From: Lama guanicoe
Lineage: Eukaryota
Assembly (NCBI GenBank): GCA_013239625.1
Contig: MU054001.1
Location: forward strand, 6,187,078-6,251,077
Length of the DNA stretch: 64,000 nt
Reading direction: 5' to 3'
The notes beneath the pieces were generated by a model. The model searched no databases and had not been told where the DNA came from. It worked only from the letters and a program-made list of their open reading frames with translations. The stretch's first letter is position 1. Each line of letters begins with the position of its first letter. Shown piece by piece: positions 41,595-54,845 of this stretch. The translations under genes and the position numbers were made by a program.

Positions 41595-42070
41595 CTTAAA
41601 GGGGAACTAAAGCGAACTGAAAGGGCACCTAATGGCCAAAGCTGGAACAATCTGGGCAACAAAATAAATAAAATAGTGTGGAGTCTTAGCCTAAAATAGA
41701 AGCTAAATTTTTATGAGTCCATATTGATTTAAATAAATGACTGAAGACATAAGTAATTGGAAGAGAATGGGCAAATCTCCCATGCAGAATTCCCAATAAT
41801 TTATGTAGCAACTCTACTTTCAAGGTCATGGAGCAGAGCTCCCACTTACTATGTGTGGGTTAAGCCTAGTGACTTCTTTCCTCAGAATATGGAAAGAGGA
41901 GGGGAAAAGTAACCTTACAGCGGAGACACATGACAAACACTGCTTCATCCAGGTGATCAAGGTTAACATATGCGTGATAAGTCACCTCACAGTTTGCCTC
42001 CTTGATATGATGTAAGGGCAATGGCATTTTACCTCGGTGGTGTTTCTCCCCAGTCTGTATCGTCATATGA
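41595..42070 (+). mobile_element. L1MC/MD-like 3'UTR fragment
   Basis: aagggcacctaatggccaaagctggaacaatctgggcaacaaaataaat...ccaggtgatcaaggttaacat. Confidence 0.7.
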
Positions 42071-44479
42071 TTCTGTGCCGCAACACTGTAAACTGACTAT
42101 ACTTCAATATAAATAAATACATACACACATAGGATTTTAATAAATTAAAAATTTTTTAAATCATTTTTAGAACTCTGAGATAGGTGATTGAGGAGTCCAC
42201 TTTCAATTTTTATCAATTCTCCCTTACTTTACTCATCAATTTACTTGCTCTTAGTTTGGTACACACGTGTTTGATGCACCGTTACATAATATTCCCTATT
42301 TACCCTGCTTAGTGCTTTTACCCTTCAATCTCACTTTAGTTTTAACAGGGCCATTTTAGGGGGCCCATGACATGTGGTTTCTACATGACCACAGCAAAGT
42401 GGGATCTTTAATGCACTTTTACTTATCACCACACACCTTCTTCATAGTCTGTTTCATAGTCACCACCATTTATAATTTCTCCTGCACCTTCACCTCCCAG
42501 CTCATAAATATGCTGAGCATTTATTAGAGTTCTACCTACAATATCCCTTCTGTTTGAAGAATTTTTGCTATTGTTCTCTCTTATTTCACAACGGCAGTCT
42601 ATCTATACCCATTTACAGATATTCTGTTGTTCACCTCATTTTTCTGGTTTTTCCCCAGCTCTCTATTCTTTTTTTGTGGTCAGTCATTTCCTTAGTATAT
42701 TCTTAGCTGGAGCATGTGGGTGATATACTCCAATTTTTGCATGTAAAGAAATATTTTTAGACCCATTTTTTAAAGTATTCATTACTTCAGAAGTCACAGG
42801 AATCTTGAAGGTTATGGACAATTTAAGAAGACATTAATGGAGTGAGAGAATGATTCAAAGTGTCCTTCTATCCCTTGGCTTCTGCAAAAGGGTAGAAAGA
42901 CCTCTTTCATATCTGGGAAAGGCAGAGACTCTTCTCTGCCATGAGAGACTTAGAAATCACCAAGTGCGGAGGCTGAAATTGGAGGTTGCTGAAATTTACC
43001 TGCCTGGAGCAGCCAGAGAGTATTTGATACAAATGTTAGTTTCATGCAATCAGCACAACTGAGAAGGCAGCTTGGCCCACCAGAGAGGGAGTGTTTACGA
43101 GGGAACTAGAGCTAAGTCTCCACCCCTGCTGGCTAGGAGAAGGGAGCCAGCCAAGCCGTAGTCTTTTTCCTGCTCTCATTTCAGAGACCTCACCAAGCAT
43201 GATTTGGTTTTCCAAATGGCCTTCCTTGTAGAAAGAAGCCATGCTTCAGTAAGAACGAATTCTTTTTCCAGTACCAATTAGATTTTTTTTAATGTGTAAT
43301 TCCAAGGGCCTGATTCCAAGTAAAGGAGGGGAGGGGAAGGGAAGGGAGGATGGGGAAACGAACCAGGGAGGTTTCCCTGCCTGTCTCCATGTGAATCCAC
43401 TGGAGGAATCACACCTAACCTGTGATTATTTAAGAGAAAGTACCACTGTTAGTCTTTCAGAGAGAATGACAAGTACATATAGATTTAATATAGCCAGAGA
43501 AAGATAAATAGACAAGCCTTACAACCCCTGACAAGCTTCACGGAAGACTTTACCCCAGGACAAAGCGGGTGAGTTACTTCAGTATTCCTCCCTACATACT
43601 GATGTGCATTCTCTCAGCCTTTTGAGACAACATTCTAGGACCACTGGTCTGGACCCAATGCCTCATGGTAATTATTAGTACAATCACTTCCCCCCCCCCC
43701 CCCGATCTCAAGGAAGAGCCCTAAGGAATATTTTTCATTAGAAAGTAAACTCAACAATTGGCCCTAAGTATATGAAACATCTTGGCCAAGTCAGACGGGT
43801 GGGTCCTAGGACTGGGTGGGAGTATTCATATGCGGTCTTATATCAGGCACTTCTGTTCCTCTTATCCTCAAATCTGCTCTCACCTCGTCATTTGAATACA
43901 CAACATCTGTGCCATTGTTCGCAATTGCACTATCTCTGATGGGAAGCTATATGACTTGATCTCTTATGCATTATAGGTGTTTCATTAGGATTATCATTTA
44001 AAATAAGGAAAAAAGGCACACTCCAGGGTGCCACACATTAAACATTTTATCTCTTCTCTTTAAAACAATCAGAGCTAAATGTTTTTACAGATAATCCCCG
44101 ATCTCATTAAAGGGAAGTAAATGCTCACTCTTATGAACACTTTTCAGATTCTTCAACAACCTAGCTTATTAACATTTTCCTCTTCTCTTTTCCCATTTTC
44201 ACATTTCCTCTTGTTTTCTCACCTTTTGAAATTCAGCGGGAGCATCTCTGTCTTGTGTACCCTTGGCTGTGTTTCCCTGACTTTGCTCCCAGAGCTCATT
44301 TCTGTAGGTTATTTACTTAATGCCACCTACCCAAACAGTCACATTCGAAACACAAAAGTTTACCTGTAATGGGCTGTCAGGAGTTGATGTCTTTATGTAA
44401 TTTTCATGCTTTGTCTTGTGTTTTGGAAAGGGAAGAAATTGATGAAGCCAGTCACTATTGCCCTAGCGTCACCTTCAGG

Positions 44480-44502
44480 GATGATGATGATGATGATGAT
44501 GA
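44480..44502. repeat. (GAT)n microsatellite, ~7 units
   Basis: gatgatgatgatgatgatgatga. Confidence 0.92.
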
Positions 44503-45204
44503 AATAGCTGAGTCTGCAATTGGACAGACTCTCCTCCTTTAAAGGGCAATGATGCCTCATGAGTGAAGGAGTCCAGAGCACTTCCTGTCTACCCTCCTGC
44601 CTCTGGGATGGACTGGGGTCATTCTAGATCCAGAGCACTGGTTCTCGCCCTCTGTGTGGGAGGCTTCAACTGCATGCTCAGTTGAAAAAGTTTACTTAGT
44701 GTAGCAGAAGCCTCTCGAGTCATCCTCCAGCCTCCAGGCTGAGCCAGTCCCAACCCCTTCCACAGGAATATGGATTGGGACTGCATAGCACGATTCCTAG
44801 CATGTAAAACGATGTATTGCTGGTGGCCCTGTCTTCCACCAGGTGAGCTGGAGAACAGAGAAAGCCAAGACCTGGAATGAGGAAGATGTGCAGTGAGGAG
44901 CCACAGTGGAGCCAAAGAGAGTATCTTCCTTGGCTCCCCTGAGAGCCTTATAATCAATCCCCCTCACTTGCTTTTCCACCTTGAACAGCTCCAATATGCT
45001 TCTGATGCAACCAACAGGATCCTTAGTAATACACATATCTAAGTTTTCCTTTCACCTTTGCCCACGTAACTGCTGGCTTTTGCCTCCCTGGTTTTGCTGA
45101 GCATGTACATGTGCATTTGTGTATTCTATATGAATCTGCCAGTCTCTATGGACAGAAGACACATTTGTCCTAGTGATGAATAAGTGCAGCAAAAAGCAGT
45201 TCAA

Positions 45205-45345
45205 GGGGGAGGGTATAGCTCAAGTGGTAGAGCGCATGCTTAGCATGCACAAGGTCCTGGGTTCAATCCCCAGTACCTCCTCTAAAAATAAATAAATAAA
45301 TATGCCTAATTACCTCCCCTACCCTCCCCCCAAAAAAAATTTTTT
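45205..45345 (+). mobile_element. tRNA-derived SINE (camelid Vic-1-like) with Pol III A/B boxes
   Basis: ggggagggtatagctcaagtggtagagcgcatgcttagcatgcacaaggtcctgggttcaatccccagtacctcc + (TAAA)n tail; degenerate TSD aaaaagcagttcaa / aaaaggcagttgag. Confidence 0.9.
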
Positions 45346-45607
45346 AAAAGGCAGTTGAGCGCCTACTTTGGTGAGCAACCTGTACCCCCTTATCACGGGG
45401 AGTCACTCAGTACCAGTCCATGCGGGAATGCAGATCTGGTGTTGGAGAATCACTTTTTTTGCAATAAATAAGAAATATGACTTTTTATGAGAAATCTCTT
45501 GATTTTGAAATGTTGACTCAATTTGCATTTAAATATGAAAGAGACCAACCAAAAAAAAAAAACACAACAACAGACCAGACTGTGGGCTGCTTGAGATCTC
45601 TACTGAA

Positions 45608-45950
45608 GGTCCTTGCTATTCAGTGTGGTCTAAAAACCAGCAGCACTGGCATCACCCAGGATTTACTCAGAATGCAGAATCCCAGGCCGCCCCAAACCTG
45701 TCAAAGCGGAATCTGCATCCTAACGAGGTTTGCTGGTTGTTGGTCTGCACACTGAAGACGAAGAAATCCTGGGTTAATTCCCTTGTTCACACACTGGGCT
45801 GCATCTTGAAATTACCAGAGGAGCTTTAAAAAGTACTGATATCTGGGTCCCACTTCCAGAGATTTTGTTTTAATTAGTTTGGAGTGCAGCCTGGGCATTT
45901 TTTAAGCTCCCTAGTTTACTTTACCTGCAGCAAATGTCAGGACCTGCTGG
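45608..45950. mobile_element. Two adjacent hAT-Charlie MITEs (MER5-like)
   Basis: ccagcagcactggcatcacccagg...aatgcagaatcccaggcc and gggctgcatcttgaaattaccagaggagctttaaaaagtactgat. Confidence 0.75.
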
Positions 45951-46581
45951 TGTATCCCAGGATCCCCCCCCCACATCCTATCACCTCCTGATAACACACC
46001 CAGCTGTACACCCAGCCTTTGGCCTGTGAGTTGGCAGCCCCTGATCTGGAGTCTCAAGACTTTCACAGGAGCTACAAATCAAAAGTCCACAAATATTGCC
46101 AGAAAGCCTTCTATTTTTTTTCCTTGGTCCAGAATAATGTTTCAAAAAAATGTTTAATTTGATGGTCTGAAATTAGAAGACAGGACTGTCTTAAATGGTG
46201 CCAAGAAACACTGAGTTAGAACATCCTAGAAAAATAAACGATTATAGCCAAAAGCGCTCAATTACACACTACAAAAATTCCATACACAGGGCTAAGCCAA
46301 ACCCTGCATCTTAAATGATCTCAGGCATCTGAAAACTCCAGTCCTTTGAAAACGTAGTCAAATGAGGACAGAGCGAAAATAGGAGGACAGAGAAACAATA
46401 GGAAGATAGAGAAACTAAGGTCACACCTTCAGAGAATGGACACCTAAAATTAGAGTACAGGAAACATGTCTTCTTTTAAATTCCAAGGCCTAATCATGCA
46501 CTCTGATCATTGCTCCTACATTACAGCAGCTAAAATAAGCTTTTTTGCTTGTATCTGTGTGTATGTATAAAGTTCTCCCAG

Positions 46582-47053
46582 TGTGATAAACTGCAAATAA
46601 AAAAATAAGCCTACAATTCTTTACTCTCCCTTTGTCCATGCTCTTTGCAGTGCGACTTCGATACAATAGGGAGAGTCTGTTACCCCCACCCTTTGAATCT
46701 GGGCTGGCTGGTGAGTTCCTTTGGCCAGTAGAGTGGGCAGAAGGGTCACTGTGTCAGTTCTGAGCCCAGGTAACAAGGGGTCTTGCTCATTGCTTCTCCC
46801 TCTTTGGGGCCCCTGATTCTGAAATGTGAGCAAGCTGGCCTTCCTGAACCAGCTGACAGCCAGCTGACTCTCAACACTTGACAAAGCTCAGCCAGTGTCA
46901 GCAGAGCCCCCTACCTGACCCACAGCTGAGCAAAGATGGGCAAGCCTAGTCAAGACCAAAGGAGTCCCCTAACCAGCCCACAGAATCATGAGTTATATAA
47001 AAGCTTGATTTGTTTGGGAGTGACATATTACACAGCAATAGCTAACTGACATA
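46582..47053 (+). mobile_element. MaLR LTR (MLT1F/G-like)
   Basis: ccccaccctttgaatctgggctggc...ctttggccagtaga...ccagcccacagaatcatgag...acagcaatagctaactgacata. Confidence 0.75.
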
Positions 47054-47214
47054 CCCAGGCTAGAAAATTTCACCTAGACATTAAAGTGCTAAAGAAATAA
47101 GCAGGAAATAATTAAGCTAAACTAGAAAAGAGTAAGGAAGATGACGAGGCCAACTACACGAGAAATGGTGGGAGATGGCTTCTCTACCCTTGTCCATCCG
47201 AAGTGCGCACGGTC

Positions 47215-47345
47215 CCACATCTGTCTTTTTGATCATAGGCATCCTAACAGCTGTGGGATGGTATCTCGTTGTGGTTTTGATTTGCATCTCCTTGATGATT
47301 AGTGATGTTGAGCATCTTTGCATGTATCTGCTGGTCATCTGTGTG
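47215..47345 (-). mobile_element. L1 ORF2 C-terminal fragment
   Basis: RCSTSLIIKEMQIKTTTRYHPTAVRMPMIKK. Confidence 0.85.
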
Positions 47346-49049
47346 GAAGATCCCATTTATTAAATATTCCTTTAGAGGTATGCTCTGGATATCTCTTTGT
47401 ACACACACACACACACTCACACACAAAGTGACGCTGCTGTATGTGTCTCATCAGATCATCCCCGTCTCCTAAGAGTCTCAGGAGAGAGAGCTGTGTAGTA
47501 GGTCACCACTGTCATGTCTTCACATCATCTTGAACTGGACACCACCCAGGACAGGTGAGCTCCCAGAGAAAGAAATGGTCCCAAGTGTTACCAATGAGTC
47601 AAGAGCAACCCAGACCTGTGCATCAGGAACATGCAAGGAAAGTGCTTTTTGATAAGTTCCTGTGAGTGGCAATTCTTAGAAAGCTTTCTATGGGATGCCA
47701 TCTGGATGCATAACTATCACACGGATAAAAGCACTTGCTTCCACTCTAGCCATGTACATAGCTTATAATTATCCGTACTCCCAAGTTTTCTGTTTTTATT
47801 TTTAAAAATTAAAGGAAACTTTATCTTTGCACATTTGCTTTTCGATACAATTGTAGCACATTTTCCAAAATGCCAAGTAATCTAAAAGTAATTTACATCT
47901 GAGCTAGGAATATGTCAGATTTTTAGGATATTTTCCTTCTTCCTGAATTGTGCTCTGACTAATCTAGAAGTCAGATTAGTTAAATATTCAACCAGGCACA
48001 AACTGCATGCTTAGAGAGGATAGCTTAGAGAGCTGGAAGGAAACCAGGCTGATTTAAAATTTATCAAGAGATCATTTAATTCCATGCAATAAGCATTTCC
48101 TGCACTACTAGGGAGCCAGCCATCATTATTCATTGGCACAACCCACATGGAGCTAGATTAAGGGGTGATCGCTCAGAGGCCCCACTAGTGCTTACATACA
48201 AATGGGACCCTGTCGTCTTAATAGCACAGACCAGCCTGCAGAGGGCGAATTCACCTCGCGGGTTATTAAAACAAGCCTGTCCTTCCAAGTTTTGTCCAGC
48301 AGACAGCACCTCGCTTGCTACAGTCAACCTGAAATGTGCAGCCTGTTGCATCTCGCTGCCTTGATTGAAGAGCACCGATCATCCAATTACCCTGCGTGAT
48401 TTCTCAAGCCTCTCCTGAAACAAGTCCTTGGGAAAGCCAGGAGGAAAAAAATCAAATTGGAGAAGGAAGCCCCAGGATTTCAGTAGGCTTCAAACACAAA
48501 GACTTCAGTTTGCTTCTAGGTGAATAAGGGGGTTCCTCATCTCCTGCTTGGTCTTCTGCAGGCAGGGCCACGGCTCGGTTGCTAAAGGTGGACACATCTC
48601 CCCTGACCTCTCATTCTTTCTTTCCCTCTAAGCTGATCAAGCTGGGTGCCTTCACCTTGGCTATTAAAATATAAATCGAGAGGAAATAGCTCACTTCACT
48701 GACTATATCATTAGCTAGCAAGAGCATTCTTTACCTTTGAAAAAGTGACCTGCAAAATAGATCTTTTGCAGAAAGTGTACATCCAAATGTCTCCTTGCAA
48801 ATAAAAACCAGGTGTTCAGAAAGAGATTTCTCTCGAGAAACATAACTGGCACTTTCCGAATCCCTGTCCACTTGCTGACACAACACAAAGCCTGTGTTAT
48901 GTCTACTCTCAACCACTCGACATGGGACCTTGAAGTTCAGAGTGGGTCAGTACTTTGCTTATGGACAAGCAGGAGAGGCGATGCAGAGTAAGAAAATGCT
49001 GCTGGACAATTTGATGAAACAAGACCAGTTCCCAGCTCTTCCCTGAGGA

Positions 49050-49310
49050 GAGTGCGACATGGTTGGGAGCAGAAACTCTGGAAGTAGACCGACTTGGGTG
49101 CGAATTCTAATTTTACCACTTTATGACCCTGACAAAGCTCTTGAACCACCCGCCAGCCTGAGACCTGGGTTCTTCATCTCTGAGATATACTCGCCTCTAT
49201 CTTATAAGGGGGCAACATGGACTAGATAAAGTCGTAATTCATGCAAAGTGCCTCGCACAGTATCTGGCACACGGACAGTATTCAGTCAGTGCCGGCTATT
49301 ATTATTTATT
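49050..49310 (+). mobile_element. MIR SINE, near full length
   Basis: gacttgggtgcgaattctaattttaccact...atgcaaagtgcctcgcacagtatctggcacacggacagtattcagtcagtg...tattatt. Confidence 0.8.
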
Positions 49311-50417
49311 ATACCATTTTCTTTGGTTTGATCTCCTTTCAATCCCTTATTGGAGTAGCTTGAAAGTTTTACTAAAGCAACTCCCAACAGATGGAAGTAA
49401 GAGCAACGAGATTATTTGCCATGATGATGACACAGCAGTAATTTAACAAGAATTCCCACCCGAACTCAGCCTGGCAGGAAGGATCAGGTAGGCAATCTGG
49501 TCTATTGGTTTTTTTATCAGAGGAAGATCTGTGTTTCTGGTGATGCTGGCGTTGGAGGCAGAGGGACGTAAAGCCGGGAGGAAGTGGGAGCCCCACCACC
49601 TATGACTTTCATTTTGATTAAGACTCCATTCTTTGCACCACACTCTTGAACAAGATGAACCTTGAACACAGGCCATGCTGCAAGGGACCTGGTTCCGATC
49701 CGCTGGCTCCCAGGGCCGGCCATCTGCCACATCTGACTAGGAAGCAGGGATGAAATTAAATCACTGCGGCATCCCTTCCCACTCCCTAAGAAACCCAGTG
49801 AAGGATGACGGGCTGGCTGGCTGTGGCCGCTTCCAGGGCAGACCATTCTGTGTTAATGGAGCAGAAAGAAGCAGGACAGCACAACCGGGAGAGATGCATT
49901 GTATGATTTTTCATGGAGGGACCTCAGGGAAAGACAACATCCCATAGCAACGTGAGTAAAGAGAAGTCAGAATCACGTTAGTATGGTGACATCTCTATCA
50001 ACTCAAGGTTTCCCAGACCACGGGAGTGTGGACAACTTTGAAAAGAGTTAGGAGAAGAGTAGCTGGAAATAAAAAAGGGGACTTGTGCGTGAGCCCACCG
50101 CCAAAACATAAAAGCAGAGCATGCGATTCCCCCACGGCGTGGTGCTAAAAGGGCCATCCTCCCAGAAGCCTTCCCAGACACACAAAGCGCAGCTGGACCA
50201 GAAGCAAAGGCACCTGGAAGGGCAGGGGAGGGGCTAAGGGACTGTGCGTGCTCTGCAAAGGTGATGCACTTGGAGCAGTTTTTTTCACATTCTATGTTGA
50301 CATAGATGAGAAGACATTAGAGGGTGTAAGTGAGAAAAGCACAGCGAAAACAGTCCAAAGGTGGCGTGTGCTTGCTATAGCTCCTGCCCCCAAACAGTGG
50401 CACCAGGCTAGCTCCCC

Positions 50418-50928
50418 TAGTCAACATAAATAATCACTAAACAATCAACGGTAAGAACAGGAGAGAGTTTTTTGCGCCAAACTGAGAACTAGCCCGGAAG
50501 CCTGCTTCCCAGATTACTCTGAGGCGCTGCTCTGGAGAAGCAGGGTTTCCAGCCCAGTTTCATTCTTTGTCAGAACGAAGAAATATTAACAAGTCAGGGA
50601 CACATTTCTTTAAGGTGTCAAAAAAAGAGAACAGACCAGCACATACACAGAGAGTCAGTATGGCCTTGGCACCTGGGAAGGGAGTCTTATCATCAAGGGA
50701 GGACCGGCACTGGCATCCCGGGAAGCCGGCTGTTTAGTCTTTGTTTTTAATATGGACATTCTTTTCTTCTGGTCAATGTGCCCTTTTCTTTAATAATTAA
50801 AGCAGATGTACAATGTATGTTTAATAAGCCACAGACAGGCTTTTTCAGTTAGCATAAAAGTTAAGTTAACCCATGTGTAAGCCAGAATGACTTCCCTAGA
50901 CCTTAATATGTGAACATCCCTTCAGTCA
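50418..50928 (-). mobile_element. ERV1-class solo LTR (possibly MER41-related), 4-bp TSD CCCC
   Basis: Bounded by cccc|tagtcaac and cagtca|cccc; gagttttttgcgccaaactgag resembles the antisense polyA-signal region of such LTRs. Confidence 0.6.
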
Positions 50929-51459
50929 CCCCCAGTGTTGGCACCTGTTCACACCTGCCGCTCCACCTCTGCTATTAACCAACTCTGGAACTCAGAGATT
51001 CATTTTCACCTGCCAGCTGGGGGTGTCGCTGCTTGTTTTGTCTCTGAAAAGTTTTGCGGTGGATTCATTTATGGTTTTTACAGAAAGGATGCTGTCAGTG
51101 TGCTGTTCATCTCCGGTGAGCCTCAAACAAGAGGGTGAACAAACCCCGGCTGGGGAAATGGAGGTTGGGGATCACCTCTCCCCCTTCCTCCATCATCTTA
51201 CAACCATGGCTCAGGAAGGCCACGTGATTTCCATAAGGTTACACACCACGACCAGAGGTGGACCTAAGACCAGAGTCTACGCAGCTCTAGAGAAATTAAG
51301 CTCTTCATTGTTAGGAAGTGTGTATGAGTTAGCGGGAATCTCCTTTAGTGAAGGCGTGGAAAACAGGACTGATTCTCTTACAGTTGCCACAGCTCACAAG
51401 AATCAAATTCCTTCCCATGTCTAAGAGACTACAAACCCAGAAAAGCAAAATGAAACAAT

Positions 51460-51511
51460 GAAACAACCAAGGGACAAGGCTTGCAGAAACAACCAAGGGA
51501 CAAGGCTTGCA
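51460..51511. repeat. Perfect 26-bp tandem duplication
   Basis: gaaacaaccaagggacaaggcttgca x2. Confidence 0.95.
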
Positions 51512-52109
51512 GAAAAAGGTGAACCTCAGGGCAGCAGATACAGCCAGATGACTGCAAGGTGGCTGGGCAAGTTCTCTGAGAATACCAGCTGGGGTTGCCT
51601 CAAGCAGAGAAATAAGAACTTCCAATATGCAAGGCACCCCTCTGGGCATGCTGAGCTCACAGAGATGCAAGAAGAGGAGAAAGGAGAATGATGCTACAAT
51701 GTTGGGACCAGACCTGATGGAGTGTCAATTTCATGTACGTTACATCACAGCAAGCCACTGAGCTACTGCTTTCCCTGTCTTACAGAGAGGAGCCTCCAAC
51801 TGTGGCAGAGAAGTCAGTGCAATGTGTCTGTGCACACTCTTCCTCGGCCTCCCCAAGATTTAGCCGGAAATGAGTAACTACATAGAGAAACTCGGGTGTG
51901 ATCACAAAGTTAACATTTCAATAAACTAAAGACTGTAACATGGAAAAAAGAAATAAACTTTGTCTGGTGTCTGCACACATCAAGCAGCACAGGGTTGGGT
52001 GTTGTCTTGACAGCTTCTTTGCTCTGTTTCTGGACCACAGGGGCTTCGGAACTCTCCCACTAGCAGAGGGCTAGTCAGTTGCAGAGCACAGATTTGGGAC
52101 TTTTCCCAA

Positions 52110-52335
52110 GACACAAAGATGTCTTATGACTCTATTCTGTAAATAGTGGGGAGTCAAAAATGGGTTTCTGAGCAGAAGAGGAACTGGATTGGATACACTC
52201 TTTACAGGGGAGCTACTCTGAAAAGACAAACTCAGGTTTGAAAAGCTGGTGGGAAGAGGTTCCTGGATCATCAGGATGAGAGGTAATGAGGAGGTGATGA
52301 AAGTGGAAAGAGAAGATGAATGGAATTGGCTTAGG
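52110..52335 (-). mobile_element. L2 fragment
   Basis: gggtttctgagcagaagaggaactggattggat...caggatgagaggtaatgagg. Confidence 0.55.
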
Positions 52336-53889
52336 GCCCTCCCTTTAGACAGCCTGTATGATGCACCCATGTAAATGTGGTTATATGATCCCGTCCCCTT
52401 AGCCTGGAGCCTGCATTCGGCAAGAATCTCCTAGAGATACTGGCTTTGAGCCACAGGGCTACTGAAGACGGGGCAGCAGGGAGGAAATCCTTCTGGGAAG
52501 GGAAGCACTAAGGGCTCTCAAGCCTTGGAAAAGTGTCTCTTGCTTTCCTTAGCTGAGAGAGGCCCATTACCAGAGAGACCTTTTCCACCCACCTCAACCA
52601 AGACTGCTGGGAAATGAGGAGAAAGATGCGCTTTGCTGTTCCAGCATCTGAGCCCTTCTTTCCCCTGTGCCCAGGCTCCAATCCAGTGGTGGGGTTAAGC
52701 CACAATCTCCCTGGCTGGTTCCCTGAAAAATAGGCAGAATCATGTCTTGTTTCTGGGGGACTATTATGAAAGCACTTTGATGATGAATATTTTTAATGTG
52801 CAGAATAGATTTTTAAATTGTCAGTCCTATGACCCAGCCCTCTCCTTGGGCTTCACTCAGAGCTAACCCCGTGCCCCACTGTCTCCATTTATCACAAACA
52901 TAAAAGCTGGTTAAAGACCGGTTTCTTCCTCCCATCCCCATTATTATTACCTTGGTTCTAGCTGTCAAGAAACCTTGCTAAGGAAAGAATGCTCTAATTC
53001 AGCATTAGCTTACCAGCAAACACTAGTGGGAGTTGACATTACGAGTAGGCAGAGAATAAAGCAGAACCAAAATTCATCACGAAGTCATTTTCGCTTCCCA
53101 CACCCACGGTGACCCAGACAAGAACCCTTATTTGTGAAGAATATAAATATTTGCCCCTGCATATCATAGGAAAAGCATCGTGATGGTTGATTGTAGCTAT
53201 TTTTTTAAGTGTCAGGATTTTCATTCCTCCCAGGAAAAGAGCAATATATGTAGAAATGCTCTGATCTCTTATCTCCAATCAGCAGGAAAAAAATTACAAT
53301 TTAGCTCACTTTGAGGAAATGATGTTTGGACTAGACTCCAAAACCAGATGACATGGATAATTGGCAATTCTCTGCCTCTGAGAACCGTGACAAATGTCAC
53401 AGAAGAGGCTTGGCCAGCATTTCAACAAGAGGTCCCCTGGACACCCTCAGGCACCTGCCTGTCCCCTGAGCGGGAGATGTGGAGGAAAGCAGCTTTTGGA
53501 GGTGGTTGGCTGGCTTCAAGTGCCCAGCAATTCGGTGATAGAAGTTTTGAAGGTAGAAAGTTAACTCGGCAAATGTAGCCAAGTCATCTTAATTAAGGCC
53601 AGAGCCTCTTCATTAAAAGTAAACAGCATTTGAGTTCGGAAATCCAATATATGTTGCCACAGTGAATTGAAAAGGATGGAGGGCACTGGCCAAATATGAA
53701 GCTATAGGCATATATGATTCTAGTTGCCTTTTCCTAAAGCTGGTCTCAAAATAAAAGCCAAGTGTTAAACTGGGGCCAAGGGAGGTGGCTGAGTGAGAGC
53801 TGGCAACGCTGGCACTCGGCTCAGATGCTGCACAAACCCTCAGGCAGGGCCTGTCCCTCTTTGTAACCAACCTTGCAACGAGTCCCCCA

Positions 53890-54262
53890 GATTTTTCCTC
53901 ACTCCAAGGCATCCATGTCACCCCCTCCCTGCCTAAAACCCTGCCATGTCTTCCCACTGCACTTAGACTGAAAGCAAACCACAGCAAAGGCCTGCAGGGT
54001 TCCCAGCTGATTTTTAGCTCCAGCCCCACCCTCCAAACTCGCGTCCTCCTGTTCTCCTTTTTTCACACCAGTCCAGCAACTCTGGACTTCTTTCTCCTCT
54101 GTGAACACACCTAAATTGTTCACCTGCCTCAGGGCCTTTGCACTGGCAGCTTTGTTCTCCTGGATGGCTCTTCTCTCAAGTCTTCACGTGGCTGGTTCCT
54201 TCTCATCCTTCAGTTCAGATGTTACCTCCTCCTAGAAGCCTTTCTGACATTCCCTATATAAT
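53890..54262 (+). mobile_element. L2 3' fragment
   Basis: ccatgtcacccctccctgcctaaaaccctgcca...cctgcctcagggcctttgcactggc...tcagatgttacctcct. Confidence 0.8.
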
Positions 54263-54266
54263 ATAC

Positions 54267-54605
54267 TGTAGCTGAACAGGACGCTGTGGGGCTTTCCAGG
54301 GTCAGACCCCTCCCCCATACCCTCTGCTGTAGCTCCTCTCTGAAGCACCCAGATAATAGCATCTCATGTCTATTTCCTGAGTGTTTCAGATGCCAAAAAA
54401 CCACCACCAAAGGGAAGAAATTAACTACTTGATCAAGAGCACGTGCCCCTAGACCTTCTGGTGCCCAGGGGTTGATCATGTCGACCGCCCTGTTCCCTCT
54501 GCATCAGCCAGGCAGAGAACTGTGCACAATCTGATCACATACCTGTGACTGCCCTCCACCCTTACCTGGACTTTAAATATGTTTTGCTGACACCATTCAA
54601 GGAGA
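54267..54605 (+). mobile_element. ERV1-class LTR, 3'-truncated; same family as 60554-61011
   Basis: Shares cccataccctctgctg(t/c)agctcctctctgaagcacccagataatag...aaaccaccaccaaagggaag with the downstream copy. Confidence 0.82.
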
Positions 54606-54659
54606 TGAACCAAACGGGGCCAAACTGTGCTTGCTTCCCTTTGTTAGTTTTAATGTAAT

Positions 54660-54845
54660 TTTATTTATTTACTTAATGTCTATTTTTCTTCCTTTTTTAA
54701 AAGTAACACCACTTTATTTTTATTTTATTTACTTAGTTATTTAAGGAGAGGTAATCAGGTTTATTTATTTATTTATTTGGTGGAAGTACTGGGGGTTGAA
54801 CCCAGGATCCCATGCAGGCTCTACCACTGAACTATACCCATCCCC
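54660..54845 (-). mobile_element. tRNA-derived SINE (Vic-1-like) with internal deletion and long AT-rich tail
   Basis: gtactgggggttgaacccaggatcccatgcaggctctaccactgaactatacccatcccc; flanking direct repeat ttgcttcccttt at 54631-54642 and 54848-54859. Confidence 0.85.

Larger units (their letters stand above)
38860..42780 (-). mobile_element. Highly decayed L1ME-like element hosting the TSPAN5 retrocopy and other L1 pieces
   Basis: Scattered antisense ORF2 motifs (tttatatccagccaccttaccaaattct; ccttgcattcttggaataaatc; ttttctaacttc). Confidence 0.55.

Noticed and set aside
43690..43703. C14 run as a regulatory element
   Set aside because: An isolated homopolymer with no supporting context.
45205..45280. 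tRNA gene
   Set aside because: The tRNA-like head continues into a (TAAA)n tail with a TSD, and a second copy lies at ~54780-54845. It is a SINE.
51460..51511. Direct repeats as a CRISPR-like array or TSD
   Set aside because: Two adjacent copies with no spacer in mammalian DNA; a simple tandem duplication.
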